Source: Schaalia odontolytica
GTDB lineage: Bacteria > Actinomycetota > Actinomycetes > Actinomycetales > Actinomycetaceae
Direction: 5' to 3'
Assembly: GCF_005696695.1 (NCBI RefSeq)
Contig: NZ_CP040006.1
Location: forward strand, 1,560,001-1,592,000
DNA: 32,000 nt
Shown: positions 19,256 to 28,304 of the stretch, piece after piece
How the letters are laid out: each line of letters opens with the position of its first letter
Numbering within the stretch: the first letter of the stretch is position 1
Translations under genes and position numbers: made by a program
The notes under the pieces: model-generated
What the model saw: only the letters and a program-made list of their open reading frames with translations
Told to the model about the DNA's origin: nothing
Databases searched by the model: none

Positions 19256-19738
19256 ATGCAATTCACGCAGTCCATGTCGTATCCCGGTACGGTCGACGAG
19301 GTCGTCACCATGTACCTGACCCCCGCCTACCTGGAGCGACGCTTCGGCCAGTTTGTCGTCGAGGGTTCCTCCACCGTGTCGGTGGAGGGCCAGCGCGTGT
19401 CATTCGCGGGCACCGTGCGCCCGGAGCTGATTCCGGCGGCGGCCGCGCGCTTTGTCAAGTCTGATCTGCGCATCGCTTTCACCGAGGAGTGGACGACGAA
19501 CGAGGCCGAGGCGACCTCGCGCACGTCCGTGACCGTGGACAGCGCCCCGGTGTCGGTCGAGGCCACGTCCACGCTGGCGGGCACCGAGGCGGGAAGTGTT
19601 CGCGTGGTGACCGGCAACGTGTCGGTGCGCGTGCCCCTGTTCGGCGGGCGCATCGAGAAGGAAGCGGTGGCGCACCTGGGCCGCGTCGTGGAGCGCGAGC
19701 AGGCGCTGGCTGCGCAGTGGCTGGAGGAGCATCGCTGA
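19256..19738 (+). CDS. Hypothetical protein, SRPBCC/DUF2505-like
   Basis: I chose the ATG at 19256, preceded by AGGAGA (19246-19251). The sequence resembles DUF2505 proteins (MQFTQSMSYPGTVDEVVTMYLTPAYLERRF...), but the family assignment is from memory only. Confidence 0.7.
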   Translation: MQFTQSMSYPGTVDEVVTMYLTPAYLERRFGQFVVEGSSTVSVEGQRVSFAGTVRPELIPAAAARFVKSDLRIAFTEEWTTNEAEATSRTSVTVDSAPVSVEATSTLAGTEAGSVRVVTGNVSVRVPLFGGRIEKEAVAHLGRVVEREQALAAQWLEEHR

Positions 19739-19762
19739 ACCCGCGCTACGCTCTGCGAGGAA

Positions 19763-19807
19763 CCCCGCCCGCCCGGCGTTGCATTTCGGGCGGGCGGGGT
19801 CTTTTCG
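19763..19807 (+). terminator. Rho-independent terminator
   Basis: Perfect 13-bp stem ccccgcccgcccg (19763-19775) / cgggcgggcgggg (19787-19799), followed by TCTTTTC. Confidence 0.8.
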
Positions 19808-19823
19808 GGCCACAATAGGGGCC

Positions 19824-20249
19824 ATGAGTGATACCCCTAAGTCTCTGTACATGCAGCGTACGGGCGTGCGTCAGTACGTCGCCCGCAACCAGGACGGCGC
19901 CGAGATCCGCATCGGTCACGGCCCCGGCCTCTTCTCCCCCGGCGACCTGCTCAAGCTCGCGATCGCGGGCTGCAAGGCCATGAGCTCGGATGCGCGCCTG
20001 ACGGCTCGCCTGGGCGATGACTTCGAGCAGTTCGTCGGCGTGTCCGCCGACTACGACCAGCAGAACGATCGCTTCACGCACGTGGACGTCGAGCTGGTCC
20101 AGGACCTGTCTGCCCTGTCCGAGGAAGAGATCGCAGACCTGACGCGCCGCGCCGATTCCGCCATCGAGCGTAACTGCACGATCGCGCACTCGGTCGTCGA
20201 CCAGGCCCTGCCGGCCTCGCACACGTGGACGAACGAGCGGATCGACTGA
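19824..20249 (+). CDS. OsmC family protein
   Basis: 141 aa from the ATG at 19824 (MSDTPKSLY...). It has an OsmC-like pattern with two Cys (AIAGCKAMS and ERNCTIAHS). Confidence 0.75.
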   Translation: MSDTPKSLYMQRTGVRQYVARNQDGAEIRIGHGPGLFSPGDLLKLAIAGCKAMSSDARLTARLGDDFEQFVGVSADYDQQNDRFTHVDVELVQDLSALSEEEIADLTRRADSAIERNCTIAHSVVDQALPASHTWTNERID

Positions 20250-20250
20250 C

Positions 20251-21054
20251 GTGAGCGCCGTCGACCGCCAGTACGAGGACCTGCTGGCGCGCATTATGCG
20301 CGAGGGCACCCCCAAGGGTGACCGCACCGGCACGGGCACGCGTTCCATGTTTGGGGCGCAGCTGCGCTACGACCTGTCCAAGGGCTTCCCGCTGATCACG
20401 ACGAAGCGCGTGCACCTCAAGTCGGTGGTCGGCGAACTCCTGTGGTTCCTGTCGGGTTCGTCGAACGTGTCCTGGCTCCAGGACAACGGGATCCGCATCT
20501 GGAACGAGTGGGCGGACGAGGACGGCGAGCTGGGCCCGGTGTACGGCGTCCAGTGGCGTTCGTGGAACGCCGGGGAGGGTCGCCATATCGACCAGATCTC
20601 CCAGGTCCTCGAGACACTGAAGACAAACCCGGATTCGCGCCGCATGGTGGTGTCCGCGTGGAACGTCGGCGACCTGCCGCAGATGGCGCTCGAGCCCTGC
20701 CACGCGTTCTTCCAGCTGTACGTGGCCGACGGCCGCCTGTCGCTGCAGCTTTACCAGCGCAGCGCGGACATGTTCCTGGGCGTTCCCTTCAACATCGCGT
20801 CCTACTCCCTGCTCACCCACATGTTCGCCCAGCAGGCGGGCCTTCAGGTCGGCGACTTCATTTGGACGGGCGGGGACTGCCACATCTACTCCAACCACAC
20901 GGAGCAGGTGACCGAGCAGCTGAGCCGCGAGCCCTACCCATTCCCGCGCCTAGAGCTCGCGAAGGCTCCCTCGATGTTCGAGTACTCCTTCGATGACATC
21001 TCGGTGACGGACTACCAGCATCACCCCACGATCAAGGCTCCGGTCGCGGTATGA
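20251..21054 (+). CDS. thyA: Thymidylate synthase (ThyA type)
   Basis: GTG start. Motifs present: [18 protein letters not shown], the active-site region [32 protein letters not shown] and a C-terminal AV. Confidence 0.95.
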   Translation: MSAVDRQYEDLLARIMREGTPKGDRTGTGTRSMFGAQLRYDLSKGFPLITTKRVHLKSVVGELLWFLSGSSNVSWLQDNGIRIWNEWADEDGELGPVYGVQWRSWNAGEGRHIDQISQVLETLKTNPDSRRMVVSAWNVGDLPQMALEPCHAFFQLYVADGRLSLQLYQRSADMFLGVPFNIASYSLLTHMFAQQAGLQVGDFIWTGGDCHIYSNHTEQVTEQLSREPYPFPRLELAKAPSMFEYSFDDISVTDYQHHPTIKAPVAV

Positions 21055-21584
21055 CGAAGCTGGGAGCGATTTGGGCGCAGGATTGCAACGGGATCATCGG
21101 GACGGGCACGGCCATGTCCTGGCATGTTCCCGCTGATTTCCGGCACTTCAAGGAGTCCACGATGGGCTGCCCGATCATCATGGGCCGCCGCTCGTGGGAG
21201 GCTCTCGGGCGCGCTCTGCCGGGTCGCACGAACATCGTCATCACCCGTACGCCCGGGTACGAGGCCGAGGGCGCTCTCGTCGTCTCTTCCGTCGACGAGG
21301 CACTGCAGATCGCACGCGAGGAAACGGCGCGAACGGACGCCCCCTACATCTGGATCACGGGCGGGGCTCAACTGTACGCGCAGACCCTTCCCCTTCTGGA
21401 CGAGGCCGTGGTGACCGACCTGGAGCTGGACGTGGCCGCGAGCGCACCCGAGGGGTCGTCCTTCGTGTACGCGCCGCCGCTGGATCCGGCGCTGTGGCGC
21501 AGGGACGAAGAGCGCAGCGACGCCGAGTGGCGTGAGCGCTCCGGCGATGCTCGCTGGAAGGTGAGCACCTGGGTGCAGCGCTAA
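21051..21584 (+). CDS. folA: Dihydrofolate reductase
   Basis: ATGA overlap with thyA. Motifs present: [38 protein letters not shown] and TNIVITR. Confidence 0.92.
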   Translation: MTKLGAIWAQDCNGIIGTGTAMSWHVPADFRHFKESTMGCPIIMGRRSWEALGRALPGRTNIVITRTPGYEAEGALVVSSVDEALQIAREETARTDAPYIWITGGAQLYAQTLPLLDEAVVTDLELDVAASAPEGSSFVYAPPLDPALWRRDEERSDAEWRERSGDARWKVSTWVQR

Positions 21585-21618
21585 ACGCTCCTCCCCCATT
21601 TCGAGAACAATCCGGCAA

Positions 21619-21648
21619 GGCCCCGCGCATCGCGCGGGGCCTTCGTCG
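21619..21648 (+). terminator. Hairpin terminator after folA
   Basis: 10-bp stem ggccccgcgc / gcgcggggcc with a 3-nt loop, followed by TTCGTCGT (weak U-tract). Confidence 0.5.
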
Positions 21649-21659
21649 TAGGATGCACT

Positions 21660-22994
21660 GTGCCCTCATCACCTTTGCTGACGAATCCGACGCTGCGCGC
21701 GCTCGTGGCGATCGCGCTGTTCACGTACACGGCGCAGAACATGCTCAACGTGTCGATCGCTCCCCTGTCGCGCGCCCTTGACCTGCCCGAGTGGATCGTG
21801 GGCGCGGCTGTTTCGTTGGCGGCCGCCGCAGTGACGGCGCTCAGCCAGTTCTGGGGGCGCCGTTCGATCGCCTGGGGACGCAGGCGCGTCATCCTGCTGG
21901 CGCTCTTCTTGGCGCTCACGGCGGGCACGCTTTTTTCGGCGGCCGTGTGGGCGCGGGCTGCCGGTTACATCGGCGCTTTCCTCGCGGCGGGTGCCATCAT
22001 GGCGGCGCGCGGCCCCTTTTTCGGCGCGGCCGTCGCGGCGATCCCGCCGACGGGCCAGGCCCTCGTCGCCGAGGTGACCCCCGACGAGGCCTCGCGCGTG
22101 CGCGGCACATCCGCATTCTCCGGCGCGATCAACCTGTCCGTCATGGTCGGTTCCCTCGTCTCGTCGGCGCTGGGTGCCTGGTGGATTTTCGGCCCCGTGC
22201 ACGCCACCCCGATCTTCGTCCTCATCGCCCTGGCCATCGCCCTCATCTGGCTGCCCCGCGACGGTGCATCCACGCGCCCAAGGAGGCGCTTGCTGCACCT
22301 GACGGCCAAGGACACACAGCCCGAGCAGGCGGCCCCGGCCTCGTCGACTGAACCCGCGACCGATAACGCGAGCGGGGCGACAGCAACCACCGAGCTACCC
22401 CCGCGCGTGCGGTGGACCGACCGGCGTATCGCCCCGTGGATCGCCTCGGTGTTCGGCATCTATTTCGCGAACGGCGTCGTTCAGATCACGATGGGCTTCC
22501 TCGTCCAGGACCGCGGCGGACTCGAGCCCGCGCCCGCCGTTTCCATCACCGCCCTCATGCTGCTGGCCAACGCCGCCGGAGCCATGCTCATGCAGCTGAT
22601 CGTCGTGCCGCGCCTCGGATGGAGTCCACGCACGCTGCTGCGCACGGGCATGACGCTCGCCGTCGTGGCTCTCTCGTGCCTGACGATCGCGCCGTCGCTG
22701 TGGGCGCTGGCAGTCTCAACGTTCGCGATGGGCGTCGCCTCGGGCATGGCCTCCCCCGGCTACTCGGCGGGAGCGTCCCTGGCGGTGAGCGCGCGCGAGC
22801 AGGGCGGCATCGCCGGCGTCATCAACGCGACCGGCGCTATCACGTGGATCGTCGCCCCCGTGAGCGCCACTGCCCTGTACGGCTGGATGCCGCTGTCGCC
22901 CTTCCTGCTGGCGCTCTCGCTCGTCGCCCTGTCGTGCACCTGCGCCTGGTGGCTGCTGCACCGAGCAAAGAGCGCGGCCCGGCCCCTGGACTAG
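21660..22994 (+). CDS. MFS transporter
   Basis: 444 aa with about 12 hydrophobic segments in a 6+6 layout, and a hydrophilic central loop ([18 protein letters not shown]...). GTG start; substrate unknown. Confidence 0.8.
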   Translation: MPSSPLLTNPTLRALVAIALFTYTAQNMLNVSIAPLSRALDLPEWIVGAAVSLAAAAVTALSQFWGRRSIAWGRRRVILLALFLALTAGTLFSAAVWARAAGYIGAFLAAGAIMAARGPFFGAAVAAIPPTGQALVAEVTPDEASRVRGTSAFSGAINLSVMVGSLVSSALGAWWIFGPVHATPIFVLIALAIALIWLPRDGASTRPRRRLLHLTAKDTQPEQAAPASSTEPATDNASGATATTELPPRVRWTDRRIAPWIASVFGIYFANGVVQITMGFLVQDRGGLEPAPAVSITALMLLANAAGAMLMQLIVVPRLGWSPRTLLRTGMTLAVVALSCLTIAPSLWALAVSTFAMGVASGMASPGYSAGASLAVSAREQGGIAGVINATGAITWIVAPVSATALYGWMPLSPFLLALSLVALSCTCAWWLLHRAKSAARPLD

Positions 22995-23082
22995 GACGCG
23001 ACTAGGACGAGTGCCCCACGCCTCAACGCGCGGGCGGCGCTATCCTAGAGGGGTACGTAAGCCCTACGCGAAGGAGCCACCT

Positions 23083-24492
<1,410 letters not shown>

Positions 24493-24522
24493 TCCGCTTC
24501 AGGCGCGCTAGCGGCTGAGAGC

Positions 24523-24565
24523 ACGGCCCCGGTCTCGTATCTACGAGGCCGGGGCCGTTTCGTTT
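24523..24565 (+). terminator. Rho-independent terminator after fumC (member of the GCCCCGGCCTCGT hairpin family)
   Basis: 17-bp stem 24523-24539 / 24542-24558 with one G-U wobble on the + RNA, followed by TTCGTTT. It sits between the convergent fumC and TSUP genes. Confidence 0.75.
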
Positions 24566-25364
24566 AGCCCTGGACGCGCGCTTTCTTGCGCATCGTCAAG
24601 ATCGTCGAGGCGATGATGGAGAGCAGGAAGATGTTGAAGAGGATCGCGCCCACGCTCGGGGATACGAGCATGGCCACGAGGCGCCCGAAGGGGGTCGTGG
24701 CTGCCGCGGATACGCCGACGATGAGGCCGACGCGCAGGTCGACCATGCGGTGGCGCAGGTTGGTGACGGTGCCGGCGATGCCGGTGGGGATCATGACGAG
24801 GAGAGACGTGCCGCGCGCGATGAGGTCTCCCGCGCCGACGGCGAGCTCCATGCCGGGCACGATGACAGATCCGCCGCCCACGCCGACCAGGCCAGAGAGG
24901 ATGCCGGCGCACAGGCCGACCAGGATCATGAGGGCGCACGAGGCCGATGTCAGCGACACGCTTCCCTCTCGTGTGGGGACGTGCAGGTATTGGGAGACGA
25001 TGACGAAGACGGTGAAGCCGATGAGGATCCAGGGCAGCGCGGGCGCGGGGAGGCGGCGCAGGAGCCACACTCCGATCTGTGAGCCCGCGAGCGCGCCGAC
25101 CACGAGGAGGGCGGCTCCCGCCCAGGAGACCTCGCCGTACAGGGCGTAGTTACCCGAGCCGACGGCAGCGGTGACGATGATGGCGGCAAGCGACGTGGCC
25201 GAGGCTCGGCGCTGATCCATGCCCAGGACGGCCATCAGGGCGGGCACAATGACGAGGCCGCCTCCCACCCCGAAGAGTCCGGAGAGGAATCCAGCGCCTA
25301 CGCCTGTCACGATGACGAGGAGGATGCGGCTTGGGGTGAGGGGCTGGGAGTCGGTGTTGGCCAT
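24564..25364 (-). CDS. TSUP (TauE/SafE) family membrane permease
   Basis: 266 aa. It is polytopic and Gly-rich, with a repeated GxGGG pattern (GLFGVGGGLVIVP and GLVGVGGGSVIVP) typical of the TauE/SafE family. Confidence 0.8.
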   Translation of the reverse strand: MANTDSQPLTPSRILLVIVTGVGAGFLSGLFGVGGGLVIVPALMAVLGMDQRRASATSLAAIIVTAAVGSGNYALYGEVSWAGAALLVVGALAGSQIGVWLLRRLPAPALPWILIGFTVFVIVSQYLHVPTREGSVSLTSASCALMILVGLCAGILSGLVGVGGGSVIVPGMELAVGAGDLIARGTSLLVMIPTGIAGTVTNLRHRMVDLRVGLIVGVSAAATTPFGRLVAMLVSPSVGAILFNIFLLSIIASTILTMRKKARVQG

Positions 25365-25493
25365 ACTTCTACTGTAGTACTGCGTTGTTTTGCGTTCTGG
25401 GACAGGGCTTCACCCCGCGCGAAATGGAAGTCCAAGCCCTGTTCACGGGCCACGGGCGGGCGTAGACTCCTCGCATCAACGAAAGGAAATGCG

Positions 25494-26045
25494 ATGTCCA
25501 ACGTGCTGATTGTGTCGGGACACCCGCGCACCGGCGATGATTCGGTTGCGAATAAGACGATCCTGGAGGAGCTTGCGGTCCTGCTTCCTGGCGCCGAGAT
25601 TGATCATCTCGATGACCTCTATCCGGAGTACACGTTCGACATTGAGGCGGAGCAGGAAAAGCTTCGCGCCGCGGACGTCATCGTGTTGCAGTATCCGCTG
25701 TGGTGGTACGGCTGGCCGGCGCTGCTGCAGAAGTGGATGGAGGACGTGTTTGTGCGCGGTTTCAGCCACGGGTCTTCGGGTACGGCTCTGCGCGGTAAGA
25801 AGCTGGTCGTGTCGGTGACGACGGGTGCAGCGGAGGCGTACTACGCTCCGGATTCCGTCGATTTCAATGACTTGCTGACGCCCGCGAAGGCGACGTGCGC
25901 GCTGACGGGCATGGAGTTTACGGGGAGCCTTCCCCTGTACGGGGTGTCGTACGCGAATCGCACGGATGAGGCGGCGCGCGCCGACATGGTGGAGCGTTCG
26001 CGCGAGCACGCGAAGCACCTCGCGGAGTTCGTCTCCTCCCTCTGA
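25494..26045 (+). CDS. NAD(P)H-dependent oxidoreductase, flavodoxin-like fold (KefG/MdaB/GSP14 family)
   Basis: 183 aa. Motifs present: VLIVSGHP, ADVIVLQYPLWWYGWPALLQKWMEDVF and KKLVVSVTTG. Confidence 0.8.
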   Translation: MSNVLIVSGHPRTGDDSVANKTILEELAVLLPGAEIDHLDDLYPEYTFDIEAEQEKLRAADVIVLQYPLWWYGWPALLQKWMEDVFVRGFSHGSSGTALRGKKLVVSVTTGAAEAYYAPDSVDFNDLLTPAKATCALTGMEFTGSLPLYGVSYANRTDEAARADMVERSREHAKHLAEFVSSL

Positions 26046-26081
26046 GCTTCTGCTCCCCTGCCGCCAGGCAGGACACACTAC

Positions 26082-26115
26082 TCAGCCCCGACCTCGTCGT
26101 CACGAGGCCGGGGCT
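26082..26115. terminator. Bidirectional hairpin terminator (family member)
   Basis: The stem cagccccgacctcgt / acgaggccggggctg has a 4-nt loop. Its mismatch becomes G-U on the minus RNA. TTTTT follows on +. It lies between the convergent 25494-26045 (+) and 26120-26437 (-) genes. Confidence 0.65.
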
Positions 26116-26119
26116 GCGT

Positions 26120-26437
26120 CTACTTTTTCTTCCTTTGCTTCGGCGCAGGTAGCTCCTCCCACATGGCTGAGATTACGTCGAACAGCGCGTCGCGGTCCTC
26201 TATCTCGACGAGGAGCATCTCCTTCGCTCCCTCGTAGGGGATGACGCGCGGGGCCTCGGGCAGAAGCCGTTCGGAGGCGGGCGTGACCTTGAGCAGGAAG
26301 CGGTCATCGTAGATGCCACCCACGACCTTGCTCCGGTAGTAGAGAACATATTCGCCCATCATCTTGCGGTGCGCCACATCGTCCAGCTCGCCTAGCAGGT
26401 CGAGCACGAACTCCAGATATTGGTCGGTGGACGACAT
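26120..26437 (-). CDS. TfoX/Sxy N-terminal domain family protein
   Basis: 105 aa from the ATG at 26437, with GCGAGGAC 8 nt upstream. The pattern HRKMMGEYVLYYRSKVVGGIYDDRFLLKV...IPYEGAKEMLLV matches my memory of the TfoX_N family. Confidence 0.65.
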   Translation of the reverse strand: MSSTDQYLEFVLDLLGELDDVAHRKMMGEYVLYYRSKVVGGIYDDRFLLKVTPASERLLPEAPRVIPYEGAKEMLLVEIEDRDALFDVISAMWEELPAPKQRKKK

Positions 26438-26673
26438 CTTTTGTCCTCGCTTTCCCACTCAATGCCACGCTCGCCTGATCCTGCGCTGCATTCAGCGGCC
26501 TTTCTCTTTTGTGGCGGACGAGAACAGTATAGGAGCCTGTGAGCGGCCCGGTGACCGCGTTCGTTCATTGATCAACGAGGCCGGGGCCGGGAGCAGGTGA
26601 GGCTGGTGTCGCCGAGACGCAGGGAGCGTGAGGGACCGAACTTCACATCTGAGTGCTCCGTTAGGATGGTGGC

Positions 26674-27198
26674 ATGACAGATACGCGTGACCCGCGAGGG
26701 ATTATTACGTTCATCGTCCGTTTCATGCTGTTCTACGCGGTCGTCCTGTTGTTGTTTTCTTTTCCATTACTGCCGGTACTGCCGGGCCTCACCAATTTGT
26801 TTTCTTATGGCCTCATGGGCTTCTTCAGTTTCGCCCAGGTGATGGCATCCATATCGCGTAAGTTCCTCGATCAGCCCGTTGTATGGAAGGCCGCAGTGAT
26901 CACGGGTGCCATCGCCTTCGATGGGGCTGTCCTATGGCTATTCGGACTGTCACTGGTTGTTGTATTTGACGGCGGGTCTCCCTGGTTCGCCGTAACTGAG
27001 TGGCTCCCCTCGCACGCCGTCGCCGCCCTGTGCGCGTGGGGTCTGCGCGAGATCATCCATGCGTTGGCATCACGAAAAACTGCGGCCCCAAGTACCCTGG
27101 ATGCTGCCGCCGAACCGGCTGATTCCGCTTCCAAAGACACAGACGCCTTGACGGACACCCCCACGAGCACGAAAGCCGACACCGCGGACGATCGATAA
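26674..27198 (+). CDS. Uncharacterised small membrane protein (~4 TM, acidic T/P/A/D-rich tail), paralog A
   Basis: 174 aa. It shares RDPRGIITFIVR, GLMGFFxFxQVxASISRxFLD and AWGLREIxH with paralog B. No family was recognised. Confidence 0.8.
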   Translation: MTDTRDPRGIITFIVRFMLFYAVVLLLFSFPLLPVLPGLTNLFSYGLMGFFSFAQVMASISRKFLDQPVVWKAAVITGAIAFDGAVLWLFGLSLVVVFDGGSPWFAVTEWLPSHAVAALCAWGLREIIHALASRKTAAPSTLDAAAEPADSASKDTDALTDTPTSTKADTADDR

Positions 27199-27375
27199 CC
27201 TTTTTCTCGACAACAGCTTCGATCGCTCCCCTGCCGCTAGACAAAAGACGAAAACTGACCCTGTACTCGTCCATTCACGAGGCCGGGACAGCAAGCAGAT
27301 CGGGGTTGGTGGCGCTACGACGCAGGGAGTCGTGAGGGGGGCTTGGCCCGTGACTAAGCCCGTTAGGATGGGGGC

Positions 27376-27894
27376 ATGATTGATATGCGGGACCCTCGAG
27401 GGATTATTACGTTCATCGTCCGGTATCTGATGCTCCAAGTGGGCCTCCTGGTCTTACTCGTACTCTCTTTGTCATCCAGCCTCGTTCTGTTGACTTTTTT
27501 CGGTCTCATGGGCTTCTTCACCTTCTTCCAGGTGTTGGCATCTATCTCGCGGGATTTTCTCGACCGCGCCGGGTTGTGGAAGGCTATCGTGATCGCGGTT
27601 ACTGTTCTCATCGACGTACCCATGCTGTGGTGGTTCGGACGACTGGGGGCGGGCATTGCCGGCGGCGGGTCCGACTGGTGGCTCGTGACTTCATGGATGC
27701 CCTTCCACTTCTTCGCTGCCTTCTTCGCGTGGGGACTCCGCGAGATCTTCCACTCGCCGGACCCTCAGCAAACTGCCACGCCCAGCGCCTCTGGCACTCC
27801 CACCGATCCGGCTGAAACCGAGAAACCTGGCGATTCCAACGTTGCAGACGCCCCAACAGCGACCACCGGGGTTACCGACACCGACAAGCAGTAG
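27376..27894 (+). CDS. Uncharacterised small membrane protein, paralog B
   Basis: 172 aa, colinear with paralog A, with the same leader and SD context. Confidence 0.8.
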   Translation: MIDMRDPRGIITFIVRYLMLQVGLLVLLVLSLSSSLVLLTFFGLMGFFTFFQVLASISRDFLDRAGLWKAIVIAVTVLIDVPMLWWFGRLGAGIAGGGSDWWLVTSWMPFHFFAAFFAWGLREIFHSPDPQQTATPSASGTPTDPAETEKPGDSNVADAPTATTGVTDTDKQ

Positions 27895-28304
27895 TCCGTT
27901 GTCTCGGGAGCAGCTTCTACCGCTCCCCTGCAACCAGACAGAACGCACAACCCAGCCCGGACCTCATCGATAACCGTCAAGCGAGGGAAACGGACTCAGA
28001 AAACCCAACTTTTCAGGATACTCCCCCACCCCACCCCTGTTAGACACTTTCAGAAAAGAACAACAGGATCCCTCACGCCCACACAACCAAAGCAGCAGCT
28101 CACGGGCGCACAACACCTAGCAAATACTTAGAAATTCAACCGACCCACAATTTTACTTGTCCGCACTGCGGGACATTTTCGCTCAGCATCACCATATTGT
28201 CGGTTAATTTACTGAAAAATCGCTTTACCGTTGAATGGGCGCATTTTCACGCGCATGACTCCCCACCGGGCAGTCCCGTCAACGATTTCGAGGACACACA
28301 CGTC

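Larger units (their letters stand above)
26575..27979 (+). repeat. Tandem duplication, 2 units of ~702 bp, each comprising leader + small membrane-protein gene + 3' flank element
   Basis: Landmarks repeat at an offset of exactly 702 bp: ACGAGGCCGGG (26575 / 27277), CCGTTAGGATGGnGGCATGA (26659 / 27360) and the identical 26-mer CGAGGGATTATTACGTTCATCGTCCG (26695 / 27397). A degenerate third junction lies at ~27980. Confidence 0.9.

Noticed and set aside
26575-27979. Checked whether the repeated region could be a CRISPR array or an IS element.
   Set aside because: The repeat unit is 702 bp and protein-coding, with no short repeat-spacer periodicity. There are no terminal inverted repeats flanking a transposase. 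It is a simple tandem gene duplication.
28205-28225. LacI/CcpA-type operator-like core AAtCGcTT (tgaaaaatcgctttacc) upstream of the GH66 gene.
   Set aside because: Only the central AAnCGnTT core matches. The flanking TG/CA positions do not, and no LacI-family regulator is encoded nearby.
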